A stretch of 64,000 nucleotides of DNA from a virus. The position numbers and the translations under genes were made by a program. Position 1 is the first letter of the stretch; every line of letters starts with the position of its first letter. The notes beneath the pieces were generated by a model that was not told where the DNA came from, did no database searches, and saw nothing but the letters and a program-made list of their open reading frames with translations. The stretch is taken from positions 64,001 through 128,000 of the IMG/VR virus record IMGVR_UViG_3300012953_000015; one strand, 5' to 3'. Below, piece after piece: positions 26,085 through 36,404 of this stretch.

Positions 26085-29000
26085 TGTCTGATGAGAAAAA
26101 AATATACCCTAAAGGTTCTGGCGATTTCAATAATCACAATCCCCCTAACAACGGAAGGGTTTTAACTGATCAAGATGATATTGCTGATTCTACTAAAGCT
26201 ACCCTAAAACAATATTTGAGCAATTTAACAGAGAAGAACAATTATCCCGTTTCAGCCAAAATAGTTACCGACTCTTCAACAAACACTTTAAAAAGTCAAG
26301 ATTCAGAGGTAGATTATTCTGAAAATGTAGAAGAAAAAGTTAATGAATTACGATACGATACAAACGATTCTCAGTTTATTGATTTAAACGAAGATACAGA
26401 AGAAGCAAAGTATTTAAGGGAAATATCAGATTCTGGAAAATTTACTGATTTAAACAATCCTGAGACCACTTTAAAAAGCTTTTTCGACAAGAATCAAAGA
26501 GGTCAAGGACATAATTTATTAAGATCTTTTAAGCATTCTAGAGATTATTTAATTGAGACTTCTGGCGTCGCTCCTTTGACCGATCCTACAGGAAGAGATA
26601 AAGGGGAATTATACAAAACCCCTCCTAATGCTCCTGAAGTTCAAAAAAGGATTTCTGAAGTTTTGAAAACAAATCGATTCTCTCCTTCAGAAGAATCTCC
26701 TTATATAAGAGAAAATGCATATTCTAACCCATCCGCGGCTTTTGGTTCCATCCAGCCTAAATTGGGAGTTTATACTACAAATTCCCCGCTAGGAGATTTA
26801 GCTATAACAGATTTAAGAAAAGTTGCTGCTTCCTTAATGTTAAAACAAACCGGTCACGCTAATGGCAATTCTGATCCTTTCGACGAAAATATGTTTACTG
26901 TAATACCCGGTCCGGACCCCTTAGGCTTTGATCCACGAGTCGACGTTGATCAAATGTTAGCTAGGAACGCTTTTAAAGGTTCTTCTAGACGAGGCCGAAC
27001 TCAAGTAGATATAGGTCTAGATGATGAAGCCGGGGACGGTTTTATGGGAGGAAAAAATCCTCTAGACGGAGATGGAGAATTTATTTCAATAACTGATGGA
27101 AGATCTTTTGGCGCTGCAAACTCGTATCTTGAAACGTTTACTGGTAACCCTTTAGCAGCAATAACTTTTATCCTACAAGGACTCTTAACAGTTTTTGTAA
27201 CTGGAATTGTTATAGGGATATTCCTTAATTTATTGATGGACAATGTTAATCCAGAGAGGGCTGAAGGTCGTGATCCAAGCACGCTTCCTTTTTCAAGATA
27301 CACAGACTCTCCAGCTGCTATGTTATCTGGTCTAGGAGTCCCTCATCTAACTCATCCAATTATTACGTGCATCGCTTATGGATTAGCAGCATTTTTTCGT
27401 ATAGAACCTCCAGACGAAGATTTAGGAAACTTTGTAACTTTGACTGCTTGGTTTGCTAAATCAGCTGTCCTTAATATAGTTGAATTTGTTCCTAGGCTGA
27501 TGGAATCTCAAGGTTTCTTTGTTTCGATTATAAGAAGCGTCATGAGAGATAATTCATCTATTTTAGACATTGATCCTGTAGCTATTCTAGCCGATGTTGC
27601 TTTGTCAACGATTACTGGAGGAATTAGAGGATTATTAAAAAGTTTAGTTAGAGTGTTTTCAGGATTAGCATCATTCAGGTTTTTTATGGCCTGCGCGGTA
27701 GTTGGAGAAAAATGTTTGTTAGATGAGATAAGAGATTTTTCCGGAATAAGGCTTCTTGATAACATACCAGATAATGGCCCTTCAAGAGCGGTGAAATCAA
27801 GAGTGAATAAAACTACAAATGCTCTTGTTTGGAGACACCGAAGCGCTCCAGCTATGTTGAACTTACCAGCTTCCATTCTGGCCGCTAAAGCCGATACAAA
27901 AACCGGTAAAGATGCAATGATAGCTGCAGCTTCTTTGGTAGGGGACGCTGAAGGTGAGAATTTTAGAAGAAGCATGTCTATCAGGAGCAAGAATCGCTTC
28001 ACAGCCGAAGAAGTTAAAAAATTCGAAGACGATTTAGAATCAGAGTATATGCCGTTTTATTTTCATGATTTAAGAACAAACGAGATTATATCTTTCCACG
28101 CTTTTGTTGATAGCATAACGGACTCATTCACAGCCCAATATCAAGACACTCCAGCTTATGGAAGAGTAGATCCTGTGAAGATTTATAAGAGTACGACTCG
28201 AGCGATTAATCTTTCTTTTAATTTGATATCAACTTCACAAGAAGATTTTGATTCAATGTGGTTCAGCGTCAACAAACTTACACAAATGGTTTACCCTCAA
28301 TGGTCTAAAGGTAGAAAAGTATCTGATGCTACTAATAAATTTATTATGCCGTTTTCTCAAATACCAACTGCTAGTCCGATGATAAGGATAAGGTTAGGAG
28401 ACTTTGTTAGATCGAATGGTACGAAATTTGCTTTAGCTAGACTTTTTGGTGCAGGCCAAGGAACAGATATTTTTTCTTACGGTGAAGGCAAATCCGGAGC
28501 AGACATCGAGGAAAAGTCTCAAAAATCCTTAGACGATTTTAAGAAAATATCAGCGCAGTCTTTTAATACGAAAGATGAGAAGAAAGCTTTTGCTGAAAAA
28601 CAAGTGGTTATTTTAAAAAGATCTACTTCTCATGGTTATACTACTTACGAAGATTCTGATATGGGTTTTCTTGCTTCTTTAGTTAGCCCTACCTCACTTC
28701 CTACTCAAACATGGACCCGCGCAGATGCTCTAGTAAAAATTGAAGAAATTCAAGACCGTCCAGACTCTCCCCAAGGAAGAGAAGTAGACTTAGGAAAGTT
28801 AAAAGATGAATCTGCACTTTCTAAGAAACCATACCAATACAAGGTTTCATTTGTTAACGATAAAGATCCTGCTAACCCAAATCAGGACACCAAAAATTAT
28901 ATGCTTGTATTAGCTACAGATTTAAAAGTGATAAAAGAGCAAAAACCTAAGCAAGAAGATGTTCAACTTGACATGGATTTAGAAAAATCATCTCAAGCTT

Positions 29001-29380
29001 TTTTCGCATCTAAAAATAATTCTATAATGAAAGCTTTTGAATCTACTCGCGGTAGAGGGTTAGCCGGTTTTATTACCAGCATGAATTTTGATTATTCTCA
29101 ATCAACATATGAGGTCGGATCTTTGACGAGAAGAGCTCCCATGTTTTTGAAAGTTACCATGACTTTTGCTCCGATTCATGACATTCCACCAGGTATGGAT
29201 GCTGATGGTGGCAATAGAGCTCCTATATATCCAGTTGGAGCAATATCTGCGCATTTAGCTGGAGACGAGTTGGCTAACAGTCCGCAGTTTGGAACTTTGA
29301 ATAAACCAGACGGGGTAAAGGATAAATTTACAGCTGCTCATACAAAATTAGCAGAAATAAATAAGGATAAAAAGAAATGA
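26084..29380 (+). CDS. Large baseplate/tube-initiator-like protein (gp48/gp54-like domain) with hydrophobic segments
   Basis: FHAFVDSITDSF...YGRVDPVKIYKSTTRAINLSF...YPQW...PMIRIRLGD; follows the tape measure gene. Confidence 0.55.
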   Translation: MSDEKKIYPKGSGDFNNHNPPNNGRVLTDQDDIADSTKATLKQYLSNLTEKNNYPVSAKIVTDSSTNTLKSQDSEVDYSENVEEKVNELRYDTNDSQFIDLNEDTEEAKYLREISDSGKFTDLNNPETTLKSFFDKNQRGQGHNLLRSFKHSRDYLIETSGVAPLTDPTGRDKGELYKTPPNAPEVQKRISEVLKTNRFSPSEESPYIRENAYSNPSAAFGSIQPKLGVYTTNSPLGDLAITDLRKVAASLMLKQTGHANGNSDPFDENMFTVIPGPDPLGFDPRVDVDQMLARNAFKGSSRRGRTQVDIGLDDEAGDGFMGGKNPLDGDGEFISITDGRSFGAANSYLETFTGNPLAAITFILQGLLTVFVTGIVIGIFLNLLMDNVNPERAEGRDPSTLPFSRYTDSPAAMLSGLGVPHLTHPIITCIAYGLAAFFRIEPPDEDLGNFVTLTAWFAKSAVLNIVEFVPRLMESQGFFVSIIRSVMRDNSSILDIDPVAILADVALSTITGGIRGLLKSLVRVFSGLASFRFFMACAVVGEKCLLDEIRDFSGIRLLDNIPDNGPSRAVKSRVNKTTNALVWRHRSAPAMLNLPASILAAKADTKTGKDAMIAAASLVGDAEGENFRRSMSIRSKNRFTAEEVKKFEDDLESEYMPFYFHDLRTNEIISFHAFVDSITDSFTAQYQDTPAYGRVDPVKIYKSTTRAINLSFNLISTSQEDFDSMWFSVNKLTQMVYPQWSKGRKVSDATNKFIMPFSQIPTASPMIRIRLGDFVRSNGTKFALARLFGAGQGTDIFSYGEGKSGADIEEKSQKSLDDFKKISAQSFNTKDEKKAFAEKQVVILKRSTSHGYTTYEDSDMGFLASLVSPTSLPTQTWTRADALVKIEEIQDRPDSPQGREVDLGKLKDESALSKKPYQYKVSFVNDKDPANPNQDTKNYMLVLATDLKVIKEQKPKQEDVQLDMDLEKSSQAFFASKNNSIMKAFESTRGRGLAGFITSMNFDYSQSTYEVGSLTRRAPMFLKVTMTFAPIHDIPPGMDADGGNRAPIYPVGAISAHLAGDELANSPQFGTLNKPDGVKDKFTAAHTKLAEINKDKKK

Positions 29381-29664
29381 GAAGATACGCAACAGCGCCG
29401 CTTCTTTCAGGTGGAACTTTTTACGGAACTTTCGTTCCAGGTAAAATATTAAGAGAAGCAGCGCAATCCGGTCAGATCTCAGTTAGGCAAGATTTTCTGA
29501 GAGAAGGTGAGAGGCTGGACACTATTGCTGGTTCTATGTATGGAGATGCTAGATTATGGTGGGTAATAGCCGGTTGTAGCGGTATAGGTTGGTCTCTGCA
29601 AGTACCTGCAGGAACTTCTTTGTTAATACCTACTGATTTAGCTGAAGTAGCTACCTTGGTGTGA
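29377..29664 (+). CDS. LysM-like baseplate protein (gp53/tail X-like)
   Basis: EGERLDTIAGSMYGDARLWWVIA...G..L.IP. Confidence 0.8.
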   Translation: MRRYATAPLLSGGTFYGTFVPGKILREAAQSGQISVRQDFLREGERLDTIAGSMYGDARLWWVIAGCSGIGWSLQVPAGTSLLIPTDLAEVATLV

Positions 29665-29665
29665 T

Positions 29666-32600
29666 ATGACTAAAAGAATGGAACCAACGAAACTTGATCT
29701 AGCAATAGACGATTTAAAATCATATTTCGCAATAACAACCCAATCAGATTTTTTTAACGTAATGATTAGTGCTCAAGGAATTGAAGATCCAGCAGCTAAG
29801 ATGAAAACGCTTGGTGCAGCTCAAGAAAAGTTTCAAAAAAGCCAATTTAGTAATTTAACTAAACCAAACGAAAAAGAAAAAGATAGAGGAATTTCAAAGA
29901 TAATAAATATGCTTCAATCGCAGCAGGCTGCCTTTTTCGCGCATGAAATAATTTCAGAAATGAGTCAATATATGACGGGCGATAGCGCGGCTGCTAACGC
30001 TAAAGAATTAAAAAAAATAATAACTGTTGTTTATGAAAATACTGATAAAGAATTCTTAAAATTTGGTAAAGAAAACCCAGGTAGAAAGACATCTATTAAA
30101 GAATTAACGCGTAACCTTAATGTTCCTACAAAGAATAAAAACCCTGAAGAACTGTTGATAAATAAAGCGACAACTAAGCCCACTAAGAAACAGCCAGCTT
30201 TATCAGCTTTTGTAGTTAGGAGTAATTCTTTAAATCCAGCTACTAGAAATTCGTCTGCGCCTGAGTTATTTTTTAGTTCTATTCCTAATATCGAGATGTC
30301 TAGATGCGTTCCTTTTTTAGATATTACTGTTATACCTTCCTCCCCAGCTTTAGACGACAAAGGCCGGCCTCAAACAGTTTCTATTACTCAGTTTTTGTTA
30401 GGCAATGCTACTATCGACGGTTCAGCTAGCAAATCTATTGCTAAAGCTCACGACGTAAATGTAAGAAAAAACATATTCAAGTCACAATCAGAATCGGGAA
30501 AAGACACACGTTCTAAGGCATCTGCTGGCATGGAAATATTTACTTCACCTCAAACAATGGTTAATGCTGATGAATCTTATACTGTAGATTCACCAACCAA
30601 CAGGCAAACTTCCGTGATTGATAGGTTTCGGCCTCTAATGAGTATAAAAGGGTTTAAAGTAAATTTAGTTCCTTCTGCTGGTCTTATGACTTATAAGAAT
30701 GCAGAACTAACTGTTGTTCTGCATGATCGATCTAGACTAGCAGAAGTTACTGAATTGATAAAACCCGATCTTTATGGTAAAACTGAACTTTTGATTACTT
30801 ACGGATGGTCTCATCCAGACGGAAATGTTCCAGGTAACGTTTACGGGAGGTTTTTAGATTCTTTAAAATGCACAGAAAAATATGGAATAGTTAATTCAAA
30901 TTATACTTTCGATCCTGTAGGTCAGGTTAATATCAATATAAAGCTATCTTTAAAAGGTACACCAGCTCTAGATTTGTCAGATATAACTTCAGATTCTGAT
31001 GCTGATAACGCATTGAAAGGAGTTAAAAAATTAGCCACTGCAGTAAGAGCTGCAAGGAAAAAACTCGGCTCTGTAAAAAAGAAAAAAGGAGCTAAGTCAG
31101 TATCAAGCGCTTCAGTTCTAGGGAAGTTATCAGATACTTCTCGTGCTATGAGATTAACTCCAGAAGCTGAAGAGAATCTTGACGAATATATAACTAAGGC
31201 ATCAACTAGTACGAATCCAGATGTGAAATTGCTAGTAGCTGCTTTGAAAAAAATGAAGACTGCAGTATCTGAAGCACAGGAAACCATGGCAACATTATCT
31301 GCTAATAAAGTAGAAAAATTACAATTTAATAGAAAAAATGAGCCTGATACTTTCTCGATGGTTTCTGTAAGGAAAAAAGGCCAAAAGAAGAAGAAGAACG
31401 CTAGCAAGCTATCAAAAACTGAACAAGAAGCTATAATCGATCCTTTTATGGTAGGCTTAAATGGTACTAAGGGAGAAAATTCATACCTCAAAATTGAAAA
31501 AGATGATTCTCGTTATGTATCTCTTGGAAGCTTGCTTCTTCAGTATGTTGGGTATCCTCTTACTAGGACTGGACAGTTTGATGAAGTCCAATTTATTTTT
31601 TATTCTTTCAATGAATATGCTTCGTATGTTAGAGGCATACCAATTTGCTCTTTTCCTATATACTTTCCAGACTTTGAAAAAGAGTTTAAAGCAGTCACAA
31701 AAACTTCTACAAAAATGTCTTTGAATCAGTTTCTTAAGTTTCTAACTTCAAAGTTCGTCTCGAGCCAATCCTCTAGGGCTTATGGCCTTAGAGACGAACT
31801 TTATGAAGAAGATAAAAAAACTGGAAAGCAAGTGCTTAAAGAAAAATATAAAGAAGCAACTATAGTAAAAGGAGAAAAAGATTTAAGGCTAGAAGACGCT
31901 TATGGCGAAGTTGCAGTTTTAAACTTTAAAGTTCCTAGAATACAAATGCACGCTGAGTGTTTAGATGGTAAAACAGGAGATCAGTCGATATACAGAGTTC
32001 ATATTTTTGATTCTAACGCTTCTTCGCATGCTACCTTTGCTGAGATATTAAAAGCTAGCGAAGATGACAAGATAACTCCTTTAACCGCTGGGCTAGGAAA
32101 AGCTTGCGTAAATGATAAAGAGCATAAGTCAGAAGCAGAAGCTAATTCAGGTTTTCAAGATGAATTTATGAAGGTTATAAACCAAGCTATTAAATCAGGT
32201 GTCATACAAACTATGCCAACTCAAAAAACAGAATTAACCAAAGCAGACTTAGAAGCTGTGGGAGACAAGAAGCTGCACTTTAGGGTTGTTCAAAATTTCG
32301 ATAAAGTAAAACAGATGATTACGAGAAATATGCCTTCCATTACTTACGGTACGCAAAATTCAAACTTGATTCAAGCTAATCTAGGTTCAATGAATGTTGC
32401 AGCTTTAACGAATATTAACTTAAGAAGATCAGGCATGGGGGCTGGAAACACTGCGCTAGGCTTAAGAGACTCAGGCCTTCCTCTTCAAATAGCTCCAATG
32501 AAGCTTGATGTAATGGCTATGGGCATGCCACTGATCGTAATAGGACAACAATTTTTTATTGACTTTGGAACTGGTACCAGCGCTGATAACATATATGTAG

Positions 32601-32737
32601 TCTCTAAAGTATCTCACGATATTGCTGATGGTAAATTCCAGTCTCAGTTCTCTTTTACCCCGCTAAATTCTTATGGTCAATATACCAATATTGGTAACGT
32701 CATCGATCAAGCAGTAGCAGAACTTACAAGCGATTGA
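29666..32737 (+). CDS. Putative baseplate hub protein
   Basis: YGWSHP motif; C-terminal MGMP..IGQQFFIDFGTGT..DNIYVV..VSH.I..GKF typical of hub proteins; synteny. Confidence 0.55.
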   Translation: MTKRMEPTKLDLAIDDLKSYFAITTQSDFFNVMISAQGIEDPAAKMKTLGAAQEKFQKSQFSNLTKPNEKEKDRGISKIINMLQSQQAAFFAHEIISEMSQYMTGDSAAANAKELKKIITVVYENTDKEFLKFGKENPGRKTSIKELTRNLNVPTKNKNPEELLINKATTKPTKKQPALSAFVVRSNSLNPATRNSSAPELFFSSIPNIEMSRCVPFLDITVIPSSPALDDKGRPQTVSITQFLLGNATIDGSASKSIAKAHDVNVRKNIFKSQSESGKDTRSKASAGMEIFTSPQTMVNADESYTVDSPTNRQTSVIDRFRPLMSIKGFKVNLVPSAGLMTYKNAELTVVLHDRSRLAEVTELIKPDLYGKTELLITYGWSHPDGNVPGNVYGRFLDSLKCTEKYGIVNSNYTFDPVGQVNINIKLSLKGTPALDLSDITSDSDADNALKGVKKLATAVRAARKKLGSVKKKKGAKSVSSASVLGKLSDTSRAMRLTPEAEENLDEYITKASTSTNPDVKLLVAALKKMKTAVSEAQETMATLSANKVEKLQFNRKNEPDTFSMVSVRKKGQKKKKNASKLSKTEQEAIIDPFMVGLNGTKGENSYLKIEKDDSRYVSLGSLLLQYVGYPLTRTGQFDEVQFIFYSFNEYASYVRGIPICSFPIYFPDFEKEFKAVTKTSTKMSLNQFLKFLTSKFVSSQSSRAYGLRDELYEEDKKTGKQVLKEKYKEATIVKGEKDLRLEDAYGEVAVLNFKVPRIQMHAECLDGKTGDQSIYRVHIFDSNASSHATFAEILKASEDDKITPLTAGLGKACVNDKEHKSEAEANSGFQDEFMKVINQAIKSGVIQTMPTQKTELTKADLEAVGDKKLHFRVVQNFDKVKQMITRNMPSITYGTQNSNLIQANLGSMNVAALTNINLRRSGMGAGNTALGLRDSGLPLQIAPMKLDVMAMGMPLIVIGQQFFIDFGTGTSADNIYVVSKVSHDIADGKFQSQFSFTPLNSYGQYTNIGNVIDQAVAELTSD

Positions 32738-32765
32738 TGAAAAATCAAAATATCTTTTTTAAGAT
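32737..32765 (+). promoter_or_regulatory. Sigma70-like promoter, leaderless start of the replication module
   Basis: ATGAAA-N17-TAAGAT with the ATG 5 nt downstream. Confidence 0.45.
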
Positions 32766-32770
32766 TAATA

Positions 32771-33952
32771 ATGAAGATATTTTTTGACAAATTACATCTC
32801 CCTGTTCAAAGAAACATGGTAGTGAGCAATAATCAAATAGTTTTTACAGATGAAAAATCAAAAAAATGTGATCTATACTTTGGCCAGCAAGAACACAATC
32901 ACCTGAATTCTTATTTAAGCCTTTTTGAAGAAAATTCTTTTGAAGTCATAACAAAGAAATATTTTAACATCATAAAAGAGCTTAAGATTAAAAACCCAAA
33001 CTGGAAATTTCTTTTAAAAGAAAGTGAATATGCTGAAATAAAAAGTAGTTTTAAGAAAAAATTATCTAGTTTGATTGAAACTATGTCTAATATAGAGTAT
33101 AGCCAATATTTTTCTGAAGGTAATTATGTTCTGAATAATTTAGAAAATATCGTTGTTGATGTTGATCTTTTAAAACAAAAGATAAAAAAAGAAGAAAATC
33201 CTACTTTAAGAAGTATAATATCTAGTTTTTTACCAAAATCGGGGAATACATGCTCAGAGATAGAATTTAATCGATTAAAAACGACAACTGGAAGATTAGT
33301 TGTTTCTAAAGGGCCCCAGATTTTACTTCTGCCAAAAGATATGCGAAGAACAATAGTTTCAAGATACGGAAAAGAAGGAAGTGTTCTATGGGTTGATTTC
33401 GTTTCTCTAGAACCTAGGTTTACGAAACTGTTATCATCTAATTCTTCCGAGGTAGATATATATTCTGACATTCTAAAAAAATCAGGTTTAAATTGTTCAA
33501 GAAAGAAAATAAAATTAGCAGTGTTAGCGACTCTTTTTGGCGCAGGGATGAAGAAATTAATTGAAATACTAGACGAAGATGCTTTTGAAGTAAGAAAGTC
33601 AATCAAGAAATATTTTAATTTAGATGAAGTTCTAGGCAGGGTTGGGGATTTTAAAAGAGGAAAAATAAAAAATTACTTTGGCAGAAATATTTTCTTAAAG
33701 AATTCTACTTCTAATGTAGCTTTAAATAATTACATACAAAGCTCTTGCGTTGATATTTCGCTGATAGGTTTTTCTTCTCTTTTGAAGGATTCTAATTTAC
33801 CAAAATCGGTAAAACCTATCGCTGTAGTTCATGATGCTCTTGTTGTTGATATCAAAAATAGTGATTTACAAGCGTTAGAAGAGATAATTAATAAAGGAAT
33901 CAACATTAACAAGTTGGGTAAATTTTATTTGGGGTTTGAATCTTATGAATAG
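32771..33952 (+). CDS. Minimal family A DNA polymerase (polymerase domain only)
   Basis: TTTGRL; motif A WVDFVSLEPR; motif B RKKIKLAVLATLFG; NNYIQSS; motif C VVHDALVVD. Confidence 0.75.
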   Translation: MKIFFDKLHLPVQRNMVVSNNQIVFTDEKSKKCDLYFGQQEHNHLNSYLSLFEENSFEVITKKYFNIIKELKIKNPNWKFLLKESEYAEIKSSFKKKLSSLIETMSNIEYSQYFSEGNYVLNNLENIVVDVDLLKQKIKKEENPTLRSIISSFLPKSGNTCSEIEFNRLKTTTGRLVVSKGPQILLLPKDMRRTIVSRYGKEGSVLWVDFVSLEPRFTKLLSSNSSEVDIYSDILKKSGLNCSRKKIKLAVLATLFGAGMKKLIEILDEDAFEVRKSIKKYFNLDEVLGRVGDFKRGKIKNYFGRNIFLKNSTSNVALNNYIQSSCVDISLIGFSSLLKDSNLPKSVKPIAVVHDALVVDIKNSDLQALEEIINKGININKLGKFYLGFESYE

Positions 33953-34448
33953 CGTATTTCAAGAAATAGTTTTAGATATTTTATCTGAAGAAAAAACTGA
34001 TAGAAAAGAAAGAAAAAGAAAAAAATCAGTAGGTATAGAAGCTTCGACAGGATCGGGTAGGTTTTCCGCCGGTGTTACTGAAGCTGGAGCTTTAGCTAGT
34101 GATGATCCTGGGAAGCTTATGGACAATTTAAAAATCACTAGCGCAGGTGGAAAAGACGATATAGAAAAAATAGAGTCTGTTCTAAGGCAAGCATTTACTG
34201 GTGCAGATGCGATGAAACAAGTTTATACTTCTTTGTCTAGAGCTAGCAGTGGTGGTAAGTCAGGTTTAAGGGTTGGGATAAGCGTTATAAAAATGAGAGA
34301 AGGCATAAAGTATCTTTATCATACTTTGACTGGTGCTAATAACGCTGGCGTCCTAAACTTAAAAACTTTGGTTCAAATTGAAAATGCTGGAGATTCTATT
34401 ATAATATATAGTGGTAAAAAAAATACCTGGGAGAAATATGAAGCTTAA
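33945..34448 (+). CDS. Hypothetical protein, possible internal head protein
   Basis: N-terminal IVLDILSE; ATAATTA upstream at 33884. Confidence 0.5.
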   Translation: MNSVFQEIVLDILSEEKTDRKERKRKKSVGIEASTGSGRFSAGVTEAGALASDDPGKLMDNLKITSAGGKDDIEKIESVLRQAFTGADAMKQVYTSLSRASSGGKSGLRVGISVIKMREGIKYLYHTLTGANNAGVLNLKTLVQIENAGDSIIIYSGKKNTWEKYEA

Positions 34449-35250
34449 ATTTGATTCTCAAGATAAAGAAATAAAAATCAAAAGATTAGAAAACAATATT
34501 GATTTAGATGAATCTAAAAAGGATATGTCAGTAATCTTTTGTAATTTGATTACAACATCTATATCGCCAGAAGGTGGAGATTTAATTAGGCTTAACTTGA
34601 AATTATGTTATGTCAATGAGAGAGGTAATTTTTCAAAAATTAGAAAGACTATTTCTTTTTTCCAAGATCCAAAAAGAAATTTGACTGAAGAAGAATCTAA
34701 ATTTGTAGATTTTGAATTAAGAGAAATAGAAGGAAAAGAAATCGATTGGGGTTTAGTAGAGAATCTTTTCTCTCAAACTGATGTAATTATTTCTCACAAT
34801 TCTTCTTTCGTCCGGCCTTGGATTAGAAAGTACATAGAAGACGATGAAAATATATGGGCTTGCACTTTAGAGAACATAGATTGGAATCGATTAAATTTTC
34901 CAGGAAGAAGCCTAGAGGTACTTTCCATTTTTTCTGGTTTCTTTTATGATTTTTCATCCTCGCAAAACTCTTTAGACGCTGCAATTAAATGCATCTACGA
35001 AAATGATCAAGTTTCTAGCATATTAGAAAAATCTCTTAAACCAGATTTACAACTATATGCTGCTAACGCACCAATAGAATACAAAGATAGCCTAAAGCAA
35101 AACAACTATCGCTGGAATCCAGAGTTTAAGTGCTGGTGGAAGCCTGTTGATCCTGAACAATCTGAAGAAGAAAAACTATGGTTGATAAACAATATTCCCT
35201 CAGTAGAGCCTCAAATATTTGAGGTAGATCCTAAATTTAGGTTTATCTAA
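34438..35250 (+). CDS. DnaQ/DEDDh exonuclease homologue with catalytic residues lost
   Basis: Layout FQDP, ISHNSSF.RP, WACT, IDW, GFFYD, AP...KD.LK..YRWN matches DnaQ-like proteins; acidic and His catalytic positions are replaced. Confidence 0.7.
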   Translation: MKLKFDSQDKEIKIKRLENNIDLDESKKDMSVIFCNLITTSISPEGGDLIRLNLKLCYVNERGNFSKIRKTISFFQDPKRNLTEEESKFVDFELREIEGKEIDWGLVENLFSQTDVIISHNSSFVRPWIRKYIEDDENIWACTLENIDWNRLNFPGRSLEVLSIFSGFFYDFSSSQNSLDAAIKCIYENDQVSSILEKSLKPDLQLYAANAPIEYKDSLKQNNYRWNPEFKCWWKPVDPEQSEEEKLWLINNIPSVEPQIFEVDPKFRFI

Positions 35251-35275
35251 TAAAATTTACGTAATAATTATTATT

Positions 35276-35524
35276 ATGAAGAATTTTGCAACATTAAGAA
35301 AATATATCCGAATAATCCTTGAAAATAAAGATGTCATTGGCGAACCAGACTTGACTAACAAGGAAGAGAGAGACAAAGAAATCCAAAACAAGAAGAAAAA
35401 ACAAAAGCCAGACGAAGCTTCTGTCGCCGCTGGCATGCCTGGAGTATCTACCCCTTTGGGCACTGGTTCAACATATCCTTCCAAGATTATTAAGAAAAAT
35501 AAGAAAAGAAGAAAAACTAAGTAA
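35276..35524 (+). CDS. Small basic protein, possible internal head protein
   Basis: LRKYIRIILE N-terminus; ATG 5 nt after ATAATTA. Confidence 0.55.
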   Translation: MKNFATLRKYIRIILENKDVIGEPDLTNKEERDKEIQNKKKKQKPDEASVAAGMPGVSTPLGTGSTYPSKIIKKNKKRRKTK

Positions 35525-35527
35525 TAC

Positions 35528-35556
35528 CTGAAAATCGCATCATAGATCCATATAAT
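35528..35556 (+). promoter_or_regulatory. Sigma70-like promoter for the SSB operon
   Basis: CTGAAA-N17-TATAAT. Confidence 0.55.
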
Positions 35557-35603
35557 CATAATACAGTTAGCAAGTTGCCAATTTAAAAAATATGGAGGTA
35601 AAT

Positions 35604-36389
35604 ATGGCAGTCGATTTTGATGCAATCCGACGCAAGCTTAACCAGCTTAGCGGTCAAGGAAATAAGAGAAATGCAATGTGGCGTCCTCAAGAGGGCGAAG
35701 AAGTAACCGTAAGACTTCTATCGTTTAAGAACGAAGATGGTCTTCCTTTTGTTGAGAGGTGGTTCTATTACAATATTGGAAATAATCCAGGTCTATTAGC
35801 ACCTTACCAGTTCGGGAAGGAAGATCCAATTCAAGATTTAATTAACAAGCTTAGAGATGAAGCAACTAAAGAATCTTATGAATTGGCGAAGAAGCTTTAC
35901 CCTAAGCCCCGTTATTATGCCCCAGTAGTTGTCAGGGGAGAAGAAGATAAAGGTGTTAGGGTCTGGTCCTTTGGGAAGATGGTGTACCAATCTCTATTGA
36001 ATATTATGCTTGATGAAGATTATGGAGATATTACAGACGTTTCAGAGGGTCGAGATGTTAAGGTGATTTGTACAAAAGCCCCGGGCAGAATGTGGGCAAC
36101 AACTGAGGTCCGCCCGAGAGGTAAAAACAGTAAACTAACAGAAGACTCTAATCGAGCTAAAGAATGGACATCAAGCATCCCAAGTTTAGATGATATGTAC
36201 TCTCTAAAGTCTAGCGAAGAATTAGAGAAGATTGTTAACGACTGGTTGAGCGGAGACCTTGAAGAATCGAACGAAGAATCAGTAACTACTAGTAGAAACT
36301 TCGAAAAAGAAACGTCAACGCCAAAATCTACAGACAAGAAATTTTCAAGTCTAGATGATGCATTTGCAGATTTAGAAAACGATTTCTAG
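35604..36389 (+). CDS. gp32: Single-stranded DNA-binding protein (T4 gp32-like)
   Basis: WRPQEG..VRLL, GV.VWSFGK.VY, DYGDITD..EGRD, acidic tail LDDAFADLENDF; SD GGAGG. Confidence 0.85.
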   Translation: MAVDFDAIRRKLNQLSGQGNKRNAMWRPQEGEEVTVRLLSFKNEDGLPFVERWFYYNIGNNPGLLAPYQFGKEDPIQDLINKLRDEATKESYELAKKLYPKPRYYAPVVVRGEEDKGVRVWSFGKMVYQSLLNIMLDEDYGDITDVSEGRDVKVICTKAPGRMWATTEVRPRGKNSKLTEDSNRAKEWTSSIPSLDDMYSLKSSEELEKIVNDWLSGDLEESNEESVTTSRNFEKETSTPKSTDKKFSSLDDAFADLENDF

Positions 36390-36404
36390 AGGAGTTTAGT
36401 ATTA

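Noticed and set aside
10847-32737. Extracellular contractile injection system or tailocin (these often have several sheath genes)
   Set aside because: Linked capsid, scaffold, neck and replication genes show this is a complete phage.
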